Of a DNA stretch of 56,163 nt, positions 38,262 to 47,800 are shown one piece after another. Within the stretch, counting starts at the first letter, position 1. Each line of letters begins with the position of its first letter. Position numbers and translations under genes: made by a program. The stretch comes from Planctomycetaceae bacterium. Its GTDB lineage: Bacteria; Planctomycetota; Planctomycetia; Planctomycetales; Planctomycetaceae. The DNA lies in contig JADHNX010000001.1 in assembly GCA_016779365.1 (NCBI GenBank), positions 1 through 56,163 on the forward strand, read 5' to 3'. A model generated the notes under the pieces. The model had not been told where the DNA came from, made no database searches, and saw only the letters and a program-made list of their open reading frames with translations.

Positions 38262-40748
38262 ATGACGGTTTGTCTTGTTACGGTCCCGGCGAGTGTTCTC
38301 CTCGCCGCTGACGACGACAGAAGCGTCCAACCGTTTTTTGCGAAGTACTGCTCGCGATGCCATGACGCGAAGAAGCAGGAAGGCGAGTTCCGGCTCGACA
38401 CGTTGTCTCGCGAGTTTTCCAAGATGCTTGTCGCGCAACGTTGGGGCGAGGTGCTGTTTCGTATCAACTCCGGCGAAATGCCGCCGAAGGACGAACCGCA
38501 ACCGTCGCCCGCCGAATTGGGCGAAGTTGCCGAGTGGATTTCGGCGCAGATCGACGAGGGCCGCGCGGCGCGAATGGCCCAACGCGGCCCCGTGACGCAT
38601 TACCGGCTCAGCCGCGATGAGTATGCGAACGTGGTCTACGACTTGCTCGGGGTTCACTTCGACGCTCGTATGCCCGGGGCGTTGAATGAGGATCCCCGCT
38701 GGCACGGGTTTGACCGCATCGGATCGATGCTCACGCTCTCTCCGTCGCACGTCACACGTTATCTATCAGCAGCGGAGACCGTTCTGAACGAGGCCTTCCC
38801 CACGCAGCCGCCGAAATCTTCGAAGCAGCGACAGGCAGCCGGGGCTCCCAATCGCTGGCTGATTCTGCCCGGCTGGCATCAGGGAAACATCAATGTCCAG
38901 CATTCGGGGCTGTATCGGATTCGCGTTCAGTTAAGCGCCCTGCCATCGTTCAAGGGCCGGCTGCCTCGGCTTTCCATTTGGAATAGCAGTCTCAAGCGGG
39001 CCGAAGTAGGTCGCGATGTCATTGCTTCGGAAGAAAAACCGACCGTCGTCGAGTTCGAAGCCTTCCTGCCGCAAGGCGGCTTTCGGCTGACCAACGAGGC
39101 CCCCGGCAAGCTGGACGACGGGCACACGCTAGGCTCCACGCCGAAGTCGGTGACAAGTCTGGCCGACATCCACATTGTGCCGAAGGGCTACAAACTGTTT
39201 ACGGACGAAGAGAAACCGCGGCCGATCTTCCCCATGCTGCTGGTCGATTGGCTGGAGTACGAAGGCCCGATCCTGACGGAAGCCGATCAGAAAAAGCGTG
39301 AAGGATTGTTTCCCGTGGGGCAGGTTTCCAACCTGCCGTCCGATTCACCGCAGGTTGAAAACCTGCTCCACGAAGCGAGATCCTGCTTGAACCGCTTCAT
39401 GGCGCTCGCCTGGCGACGCTCGCCGACCGATGCCGAAGTTGACCGCTATATGAAAATAATCGAATCGGAACTCGCGGCGGGGGAGAATTCTCGTTCGGCG
39501 TATCTTTCCGCAATGACCGGAGTGATGGCGTCGAAGAATTGTTATTACATCGTTGAGGGACAAAGTCGCCTTTCGCTCCGCGAAAGTAGCGGACATACAA
39601 CGAACACGTCTTTCGCGGAGCGAAAGGCGACAATGATCAACGACTGGGAACTCGCGTCGCGATTGTCTTTCTTCCTGTGGAGTTCGATGCCGGACGAAGA
39701 ATTATTGGAGGCCGCGGGCAAAGGTGAGTTGCATAAGCCAGATGTTCTGAGGACTCAGTTACAGCGCATGATGGCGGATCGAAAGATCGACCGTTTCGTG
39801 GATACGTTCCCCGGTCAGTGGCTGCAACTTCATCGCGTGGGCATGTTTCCGCCCGACCCGGAGCTGTACCCGGATTACGATGCATGGCTCGAACAGAGCA
39901 TGATCCGCGAGACGACCGGCGTCTTCGGGGAAGTGTTCTCGCGGAACCTGTCGATCCGCGAATTCCTGTCGTCGGACTGGACGGTGATGAACTCGCGTCT
40001 GGCCATGCACTATGGAATCGACTGGCGCGTAGTGGAATTCGCCAGAATTCCTGAAACCGGAGCATCCACGAACGTGACGAACAAGACGGGAGTTCTGGCG
40101 AACTCCACTACGTTGCGCCCCGGCTTTCACCGCGTTACGCTTGCTCCCGACGATCACCGTGGCGGGGTGCTGACGCATGCTTCGGTCCTGTCGCTGACGT
40201 CCGACGGCACGCGGCATCGCCCGGTGCATCGAGGCGTGTGGGTCTCCGAAGCGATCTTTGGTCGCACGCCGCCCCCGCCTCCACCGAATGTAGAGCCGCT
40301 TGAGCCGACGCCGAGTAACAAGCCCAAAGCCACGATTCGCGATCAACTGGAAGCCCACGCCACGCATGCGACCTGCGCTTCGTGTCATCAGAAGATCGAT
40401 CCGCTGGGATTCGCATTCGACAACTACGACGCCATCGGCCGCTGGCGGACACACGAGAAAGTCGCCGGAGGTCTGGGCGATGATCCACCTGTCAACGCGC
40501 GCGGGACCTTTCCGGACGGTCGGTCGTACGAAAATCCAGAGCAGTTCAAGCAGTTATTGGCCGGCGACCTCGATCGGTTCGCGGAAGCCTTCGTCGAACA
40601 ACTTGCCACCTTCGCATTGCGGCGTGTGATGACGATTGACGACCGCGAGCAAATCAAGGCCATCGCCGAAGCCAGCAAGCATGATCGCTATCGACTGCGC
40701 ACGGTGATCGAACAACTTGTGATGGCTGAACTGTTTCAGAAGAGGTAG
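38262..40748 (+). CDS. DUF1587/DUF1592/DUF1588/DUF1585-type protein with heme-c motif (paralogue of 30541-32937)
   Basis: The ATG at 38262 (or GTG at 38244) gives MTVCLVTVPASVLLAADD. YCSRCHD. About 70 percent identity by eye to the 30541 product, near-identical in the C-terminal CASCH region. The track start at 37953 lies inside the lactonase gene. Confidence 0.8.
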   Translation: MTVCLVTVPASVLLAADDDRSVQPFFAKYCSRCHDAKKQEGEFRLDTLSREFSKMLVAQRWGEVLFRINSGEMPPKDEPQPSPAELGEVAEWISAQIDEGRAARMAQRGPVTHYRLSRDEYANVVYDLLGVHFDARMPGALNEDPRWHGFDRIGSMLTLSPSHVTRYLSAAETVLNEAFPTQPPKSSKQRQAAGAPNRWLILPGWHQGNINVQHSGLYRIRVQLSALPSFKGRLPRLSIWNSSLKRAEVGRDVIASEEKPTVVEFEAFLPQGGFRLTNEAPGKLDDGHTLGSTPKSVTSLADIHIVPKGYKLFTDEEKPRPIFPMLLVDWLEYEGPILTEADQKKREGLFPVGQVSNLPSDSPQVENLLHEARSCLNRFMALAWRRSPTDAEVDRYMKIIESELAAGENSRSAYLSAMTGVMASKNCYYIVEGQSRLSLRESSGHTTNTSFAERKATMINDWELASRLSFFLWSSMPDEELLEAAGKGELHKPDVLRTQLQRMMADRKIDRFVDTFPGQWLQLHRVGMFPPDPELYPDYDAWLEQSMIRETTGVFGEVFSRNLSIREFLSSDWTVMNSRLAMHYGIDWRVVEFARIPETGASTNVTNKTGVLANSTTLRPGFHRVTLAPDDHRGGVLTHASVLSLTSDGTRHRPVHRGVWVSEAIFGRTPPPPPPNVEPLEPTPSNKPKATIRDQLEAHATHATCASCHQKIDPLGFAFDNYDAIGRWRTHEKVAGGLGDDPPVNARGTFPDGRSYENPEQFKQLLAGDLDRFAEAFVEQLATFALRRVMTIDDREQIKAIAEASKHDRYRLRTVIEQLVMAELFQKR
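39565..39631. repeat. Perfect 22-bp inverted repeat with 23-nt spacer, embedded in frame in the ORF
   Basis: gtcgcctttcgctccgcgaaag (39565-39586) is the exact reverse complement of ctttcgcggagcgaaaggcgac (39610-39631). The paralogue has 9 aa (SAEKPRDQL) where this gene has 26 aa (QSRLSLRESSGHTTNTSFAERKATMI). Confidence 0.85.
40028..40112. repeat. 24-bp inverted repeat (2 mismatches) with 37-nt spacer, embedded in frame in the same ORF
   Basis: cgtagtggaattcgccagaattcc (40028-40051) pairs with ggagttctggcgaactccactacg (40089-40112). The paralogue is about 28 aa shorter at exactly this point. Confidence 0.8.
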
Positions 40749-40749
40749 G

Positions 40750-40890
40750 AACCGCTAATCGACGCTAATGAACGCTGATAAGATATGGGTGATGGCGGGT
40801 TCCGCTTCACATTGCAAAAGTGCAAGCCGGCGACGTCTTCTATGCCAGTGCGTAGAGCATTAGCGTTTATTAGTGTTCATAAGCGGTTAC
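40750..40890. repeat. Imperfect long inverted repeat flanking an AT-richer intergenic segment (MITE/REP-like); low confidence
   Basis: gaaccgctaatcgacgctaatgaacgctgataag (40750-40782) versus gcattagcgtttattagtgttcataagcggttac (40857-40890). About 24 of 32 positions are complementary by eye. There are internal cgctaat(n) iterations. Confidence 0.4.
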
Positions 40891-40932
40891 TTCCCTCCGA
40901 TTTGTAGCCAGCGCATCGACGGAAAATGACAG

Positions 40933-43900
40933 ATGAAAACGAATGTGATCTTATTGGTTTTACTGTGTTTTACCTCGGCCTCGGTTGTCGCTGATTTTAG
41001 TGATAAGCAAGCTGACCGGGACGCCCTGCCCGCCGTGCCCGCGGCGTTTGAAGTGACGTTGTTCGCCCGCGAGCCGCTGGTGCGGCAGCCATGCTCGATG
41101 GTGTTCGACGCGCGGGGGCGGCTGTTTGTCGGCATGGGACCGCAGTACCGAAATCCGACTCCCGAGACGCCCGGCGACAGTGTCGTGATGGTGCTGGACA
41201 CCGACCACGACGGGCAGGCGGATCAGACAAAAGTCTTCGCGACTGGTTTCAACGCCGTACAGGGGCTGGCGTGGCACGGTCGCGACTTGTGGGTCGCCAA
41301 CGCGCCCGACCTGACGGTCGTTCGTGACCTCGACGGTGATGACGAAGCCGACGAGTACGTGCGCATTTACACCGACCTCGGGAACCTCGAGCATGGACTG
41401 CACGGCCTCACGTGGGCTCCCGACGGCAAGTTGTACATGAGCAAAGGAAACTCGAAGGGACTCACCCAGCCGGGACGCGTCGCTCCGAAGCCGTTTCGCG
41501 ATTTGTGGGGTGTGACCGCACCGCCAGGCACGCCGGATTTCCCGGAACCACAGGTTTTTCGCAAGCAAGTCTACCGGCACGCTTATCACGATCCGGCAGA
41601 CGACTGGGGAATGGATGGCGGCGTTCTGCGTTGCGACGACGGCGGCGGGAATCTGGAGATCGTGTCGCGTGGCTTCCGCAATCCGTGGGACGTCGCACTG
41701 GACGACGGCTTTAACTGGCTGGGGACGGATAACGATCAGACCACCGGCGACCGCGTCTTCATGCCGTTCGACGGCGCCCACTTCGGGTGGAACCACCCGT
41801 GGAGTTCCCACTGGTCAGCCGCCCCGCATCCGCCGACCGCTCCTGTCAGCGGTCCGTTGTTCGAGGGTTCGGGAACCGGCGTCGTCTTCGGCGACTCCCC
41901 ACAGTTCCCGCCCGAGTATCGCGGCGTTTACTTCATCAACGACTGGCTGCGCAAGACGACCTTCGTCTGGCGACCGCATTGGGACGGAGCCTTGATGCGT
42001 CCCCGCGGCGGCGACTGGGAGCCGTTCATCGTCGGAGGAAAGTCGCTGTTCCGGCCGACAGATATCGAGTTTGGCCCGGACGGCGCGCTGTGGGTGCTCG
42101 GCTGGAGTAGCGGTTACGGGGCCGAATGGAAAGACGGCCAGCTCACCAACGAAGGCCGCATCTTCCGCATCACCTGGAAAGAGGCTCCGCCCATCAAGGC
42201 GACAGGCAAAGGCCGGTCACTCAAGAAGTGTTCCGTCGAGGAGTTGATCGGCGATTTCTCGAGTCCGCTGAGCGTCCGCCGCATCGACGCCCAGGACGAA
42301 CTCGTCCGACGCGGTGTGTCGGTCCGGCAGATGCTGATCGAAACACTTCAAAGCGGTCGGCTGACGAAGATGCAGGAAACCTGGACGGCCTGGACGCTGG
42401 GGCGGATCGCCATCGATGACACAACCATCGATCAGTTCTTCGCGCAGCTGTCAGCCGATGGCTCCAAAGCACGAGCTTCACTGAACCTGCGGATTCAGGC
42501 GGTGCGAATTCTGGGCGAGCGTGCGCGACGTGGGGCTTCGTTTGCGGGACTGGACGATGCGCTGCGTCTAGCGCTGGCGGACGACGAGCCGCGAGTTCGT
42601 ATGGCGGCCGTTCAGGCCGTGCTGCGAGCCAACCGCCGAAATCTGTACGTGGAACTCTGCAGCCTGCTGGAACGCGAGTCCGATGCCACCGTGTACTACG
42701 CCGCATGGCAGGCGTTGCGACGGTTGCTGAGCGAAGCGGATCTTCGTTCGCTGCTCGGGCTTCGTAGCGGTGGCTTCCAGCCGCCGAATTCACGAGCCCC
42801 GGCGGCTGGAAGCCACCGCTACGCGAGGGTGCAACGTGCGGCGTTGCTGGCTCTACTTGAAACGCATTCTCTTTCCCGACAGGAAGTCGCGGCTGTGCTG
42901 GCGAAACGTACCGCACCCGCAGTTCGCGAAATCGCTGAACTATGGTTGGCGAAAGCAGGTGCCGGAGCGGCCGAGCCGGTGGTTCGAGGACGGCCGATCG
43001 ACGCTCCATCCGTGGCGGCCGCTGTGCCATCGAATGACGGAGTCGCGGTTGTTGGCCGGTTGTCGACGAAGAGCCACCATAGGTACCGCATTCAGCCCGG
43101 CGGGCTGCGGCCCGGCGCGGCCGCCTATTCCGACCGCAACTATCGCTTCAGCACCATGCCGGACGAACTGGTGGGGCTGGACATCGTTCAAACGGCAAAC
43201 AATGACGACGGTTCGCAGGGCGACGACTGGCTTTCGGTTGATGCCTTGCTGCCGGTTCGCGTCTATGTTGGAAACGACATGCGGCAGACTCCGCCCAAAT
43301 GGTTGAGCGAGGAGTTCCGCCGCACCGAGCACATCGTCGCGATCGACGAGGGCGCGCGGTTCCAGCTTTTTGTGCGAGATTACTCCGCCGGCCCGGTTGC
43401 GCTGGGCGGCAACACCAATGATGGAAAGTCCGGGGGCAAGGGCAACTACATCGTCGCCGTTCAGCCGCAGCCATTGCAGAAGCAGGAGACGTCGGCGACC
43501 GTGGAACAGGCGCTGGCGCTGCTTGAGACTGCGGACCCAGCCCGCGGCGAACTCCTGTTCCGGCACGTCAGCGGAGCGGGATGTTTCAAGTGCCACAGCC
43601 TGGACGCGGCACGAAACGTGTTCGGCCCCAACCTCGGCGGCGTCGGCCTGCGAGCCAATCACCGTCATCTTGTTCAATCGATCATCGAGCCCAGCGCCGT
43701 CATTACCGAAGGTTTCACGATGCAGACAGTGCTGACCGATGACGGCAAAACGTATTCTGGTGTGCTGCTGGAGGAAAGCGGTCTGTCGGTGTCATTGGGC
43801 ATGAGTACTGGCGAGCGGGTCGACATTCCGAAGTCGCAGATTGAAGAGCGGCGCACCAGCCGCGTGTCGGCCATGCCGTCGATGGCGAACATTCTGTCGC

Positions 43901-44871
43901 CGCAGCAGGTCGCCGACGTCGCCGCGTTTCTGGCGGTGCAGAAAACGGCCGTGTCAAAGCCGAACGTGGACCCCGACGCACGATTCTCTGTGAAGGAAAA
44001 GCCCGATCGGCTGATCATCTCGTTGTCCGAGCAGTCGATTGCCGAATTCGTTTTCTCCGATCCGAAGATCCTCCGGCCGTACTTCGCGCAGGTGCGGACC
44101 CCCAGCGGCCGCCAGGTGACACGCAATCATCCGCCCGTCGCGGGTGTCGACGGGACCGACCACGACACGATGCACCCCGGCATCTGGCTCGCGTTTGGCG
44201 ACGTCAGCGGACACGACTTCTGGCGAAACAAGGGCCGAATCGACCACCTCCGCTTCACCGAACCACCGACCACGAAAAACAACGTGCTGACCTTTGCGAC
44301 GCAGTCACGATTGCTACGTTCTGACGGCAGCGAACTGTGCCGCATGCGCAGCCGCTTCGAATTGTACGCGCGTCCGGTGGGTTGGCTACTGAGTTGGGAA
44401 GCGACCTTCCAATCCGACACGGGCGAGTTCTCCTTTGGCGATCAGGAAGAGATGGGATTCGGCGCGCGGGTCGCCACGCCATTGACCGAGAAAAATGGCG
44501 GGGTGATCACGAGTTCCACTGGCCGGCGATCGGCCGCATCCACCTGGGGACAGGTGGCCGCGTGGTGCGATTACTCGGGCAAGCTCGGAGAGCGCCCGGT
44601 TGGCATCACGTTGATCCCCGACGCAGACAACTTCCGCGCCAGCTGGTGGCACAACCGCGACTACGGTGTGTTCGTCGCCAATCCGTTCGGCCGCGCGGCA
44701 ATGAAACAGGGCGACAAGAGCACCGTCACCATCCCACGAGGCCAGCCATTCCGCATCCGCTTCACCGCAGTCATCCATGAAGGTCAAAACTTCGCCCCGG
44801 AAGCTGAACGTCGGGCGATTCAGGAAGCACGGGACCAATCCGAAGCCGGGACAAAGAAGGAGTCGCCATGA
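40933..44871 (+). CDS. Large mosaic protein: membrane-bound-dehydrogenase-type beta-propeller + HEAT repeats + beta-sandwich domain + Pirellula/Verrucomicrobium-type heme-binding (CxxCH) domain + C-terminal PmoA-like DUF6807
   Basis: Signal peptide. FEVTLFAREPLVRQPCSMVFDARGRLFVG...GLAWHGRDLWV. DDEPRVRMAAVQAVLR HEAT units. GCFKCHS (43582-43596) followed by LVQSIIEPSAVITEGF. Tail ...ILRPYFAQVRTPSGRQVTRNHP...DHDTMHPGIWLAFGDV. Confidence 0.75.
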   Translation: MKTNVILLVLLCFTSASVVADFSDKQADRDALPAVPAAFEVTLFAREPLVRQPCSMVFDARGRLFVGMGPQYRNPTPETPGDSVVMVLDTDHDGQADQTKVFATGFNAVQGLAWHGRDLWVANAPDLTVVRDLDGDDEADEYVRIYTDLGNLEHGLHGLTWAPDGKLYMSKGNSKGLTQPGRVAPKPFRDLWGVTAPPGTPDFPEPQVFRKQVYRHAYHDPADDWGMDGGVLRCDDGGGNLEIVSRGFRNPWDVALDDGFNWLGTDNDQTTGDRVFMPFDGAHFGWNHPWSSHWSAAPHPPTAPVSGPLFEGSGTGVVFGDSPQFPPEYRGVYFINDWLRKTTFVWRPHWDGALMRPRGGDWEPFIVGGKSLFRPTDIEFGPDGALWVLGWSSGYGAEWKDGQLTNEGRIFRITWKEAPPIKATGKGRSLKKCSVEELIGDFSSPLSVRRIDAQDELVRRGVSVRQMLIETLQSGRLTKMQETWTAWTLGRIAIDDTTIDQFFAQLSADGSKARASLNLRIQAVRILGERARRGASFAGLDDALRLALADDEPRVRMAAVQAVLRANRRNLYVELCSLLERESDATVYYAAWQALRRLLSEADLRSLLGLRSGGFQPPNSRAPAAGSHRYARVQRAALLALLETHSLSRQEVAAVLAKRTAPAVREIAELWLAKAGAGAAEPVVRGRPIDAPSVAAAVPSNDGVAVVGRLSTKSHHRYRIQPGGLRPGAAAYSDRNYRFSTMPDELVGLDIVQTANNDDGSQGDDWLSVDALLPVRVYVGNDMRQTPPKWLSEEFRRTEHIVAIDEGARFQLFVRDYSAGPVALGGNTNDGKSGGKGNYIVAVQPQPLQKQETSATVEQALALLETADPARGELLFRHVSGAGCFKCHSLDAARNVFGPNLGGVGLRANHRHLVQSIIEPSAVITEGFTMQTVLTDDGKTYSGVLLEESGLSVSLGMSTGERVDIPKSQIEERRTSRVSAMPSMANILSPQQVADVAAFLAVQKTAVSKPNVDPDARFSVKEKPDRLIISLSEQSIAEFVFSDPKILRPYFAQVRTPSGRQVTRNHPPVAGVDGTDHDTMHPGIWLAFGDVSGHDFWRNKGRIDHLRFTEPPTTKNNVLTFATQSRLLRSDGSELCRMRSRFELYARPVGWLLSWEATFQSDTGEFSFGDQEEMGFGARVATPLTEKNGGVITSSTGRRSAASTWGQVAAWCDYSGKLGERPVGITLIPDADNFRASWWHNRDYGVFVANPFGRAAMKQGDKSTVTIPRGQPFRIRFTAVIHEGQNFAPEAERRAIQEARDQSEAGTKKESP
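42763..42823. repeat. Perfect 24-bp inverted repeat with 13-nt spacer, embedded in frame in the HEAT region of the ORF
   Basis: cgtagcggtggcttccagccgccg (42763-42786) is the exact reverse complement of cggcggctggaagccaccgctacg (42800-42823). It encodes RSGGFQPPNSRAPAAGSHRYA. Confidence 0.8.
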
Positions 44872-47800
44872 AGCGGCATCTTACTTCGTTTACTCTGCTG
44901 CTACTCGCGTGGACGATAGCGTTCTGCGAGCGGGTCGTCGCGACTGAAGATTCGAAGTCACAACCAGCCGAGCGGTTCGTTCAGAGGGTCGCGCCGCTGT
45001 TGAAGGCGAAGTGTCTGTCGTGTCACGGGCCGGACAAGCAGGCAGGAGGGCTGCGGCTTGATTCTTTGCAATCTGCGCTCAAAGGCGGCGACTCAGGGCC
45101 GGCAATTATGCCGGGCGATGCCGCGAAGAGCCTGCTGGTGAAGGCCGTTCGGTTCGACGATCCTGATCTGCAGATGCCGCCCAAAGACCAACTGGCTGCC
45201 AAGGAGATCGAGGCGCTGACGTGGTGGATCAATGACGGAGCTGTCTGGCCTCGGCCGGTGCTGGTGTTGTTTGACGATGAAGAGCCGTTCCTGGCGGCGC
45301 TCACCAAAGGCGAGGCAAAGTCGCGGTTTGAGCGGCGCGATACGCATCGTGGTTCGCTGGCCGTGGCAGTTTCGCCGCGTGAAAAGTTCGACGAGCAGAT
45401 TGCCGATTGGAAGTTGCCGATTCGCGAAAAGCCCGGGCCGGCCGAATTTCGCTATTTGCGGTACGCGTGGAAGAAAACGGGTGGCGGAGGCGCCATGCTC
45501 GAAGTCGCTCGCGAAGGCAAATGGCCGCCAGCGAAAGCGACACCCGCGCCCGGTGGCCGCTATGTCGCCGGGCCAAATGAAACGGGCATGGATGCGATTG
45601 TGGTCGACGATGCCGCGCCCCAGGACTGGACGGTGGTGACCATCGACTTGTGGAAAGATCTGGGCGACTGCGAAGTGACCGGACTGTCGCTGATGGCCAC
45701 CGGTGGCGGCGAAACCCTGTTCGACGCGATGCTGCTTGGCAGTTCGATTGCTGATCTCGATGCATGGTCTCCTGGGCGAGGTGACCTGGCTTTTAAGCCC
45801 GCTCCTAAGATTGAGCCGGTCGGAACGGCGTTCGAGGATTCACGCAACCCCATCCGTAAATTGTTTCGTGGCGAACGATTGGATCTCTGGTCGCTGAAGC
45901 CGGTTGTCAGCACTTCCGTTCTCGAGACTCAGCGGGGTGATTCTGCGGAGCTGTCCTCCAAAATGATTGACCGTTTGATCGACAAACGACTTGCCGAAGC
46001 CGACATCACACCGGCCCCCGAAGCCGATCGCCGCACGCTGATTCGACGCCTGGCGTTCGATCTCACCGGCCTGCCTCCGAAACCGGACGAAGTGGCAACA
46101 TTCCTTGGCGACAAGTCGCCCGATGCGCTGGAAACGGTCGTCGACCGATTGCTGGCATCAGCTGCCTACGGCGAGCGTCAGGCAAGGTTGTGGCTCGACG
46201 TCGTTCGCTACGCCGACACCAATGGGTACGAACGAGACGAGTTCCGCCCGCGGATCTGGATGTATCGCGATTACGTCGTCCGTTCGTTCAACTCCGACAA
46301 GCCGTTCGACCAATTCATTCGCGAGCAGCTTGCTGGTGACGAGATCGTCAACGGACTGCCGCAGAATTCCGCCGAAGCCGATGCGCTCATTGCGACCGGC
46401 TACCTGCGGCTGGGACAGTGGGACAGCACGGCGTCGATCTTTCAGGAAGAAGATCGTCTCCGCGCCGAAATGATGGCTGACCTGACCAACACCACGGCGT
46501 CTGCGTTTCTCGGCCTGACGATGTCGTGCTGTCAGTGTCACGACCACAAGTATGATCCCTTATCGCAGGCCGACCATTACCGGCTGAGGGCGTTCTTTGC
46601 CGGAGTCACACCACAGGACGATCTGGTCGTTGAACTGCCGCAGCAGCGTCAGGCGAACGAACAGCACAACTCCGCGCTCGGCCAGCGGATCGAACAACTC
46701 AAGGCCGAACAGGCGAAGCTCGACAAGGAGCAGGAACCGGGCAAGACGCGAGCCGCGGAATTATCGAAGGAGATCTCGGCTCTCGAGGCGCAAAAGCGTC
46801 AGCCGCTGAGTGCGATGGGAGCGACCGACGCGGGCTCGTCGGCTCCGGTGACTCGCGTGTTGTACCAGGGAGTGTTTCGCGATCCGCGTGACGAAGTCGC
46901 GCCCGGCTTTCCGTCCGTGCTGTATCCAGGACCGGCAGAGATTCACGCGCCGACGGAGAGCACTACGGGACGACGGCTCGCTCTGGCCAACTGGATTACC
47001 TCATCCAGTAACCCGTGGCCGGCGCGCGTTATCGTGAACCGAGTTTGGCAGCAGCATTTTGGCACGGGGCTGGTGGCGACGCCCAATGACTTCGGAATGA
47101 CGGGAGCTCGACCAACCCATCCCGAATTGCTCGACTACCTGGCTGCGAGATTTGTCAGAGACGGCTGGTCGATCAAGCGGCTCCATCGAGCGATTGTCAT
47201 GACAAGGGCCTATCGCCGCGAGTCAGCACACGAGGCTGTAGCGGCAAAGATCGATCCGGACAACCGCCTGCTGTGGCGGCAGAACGTGCGACGACTGGAT
47301 GCTGAGACCCTGCGGGACAGCCTGCTGGCAGTGTCGGGGCTGCTCAAGAAGAACGACGGCGGCAAGCCGATATGGCCCGAGGTTCCCCGCGAACTGCTGC
47401 ACGCTCAGCCGGCGATTCTGGAAGCGATCGAGGGGAAAGACGATGGACGGCGTCAGGGCTGGTACACCGACCCCGTCGAAGCGACCGACGTTCGCAGCCT
47501 GTACCTCGTGCGGAAACGCTGTCTGCCGATCCCGTTTCTGCAGGCATTCGATTTACCGGACACGACCGTGTCGTGCGCCCGTCGTGATACGACCGTCGTG
47601 GCTCCACAGGCCTTGATGCTGCTGAACAGCCTGACCGCCGTGCGATATGCAGAGGCGTTCGCCGATCGAGTTTGGCAGGCTTGCAAACTGCCAGCCGGCG
47701 AATCGCAAGAGACGGATGAGTCGCCCCGAATCGTCGCGGCCGTTTTTCAGCTCGCCCTGGCCCGTGATCCCGAACCCGAAGAACGAACACTCGCTCAAGA

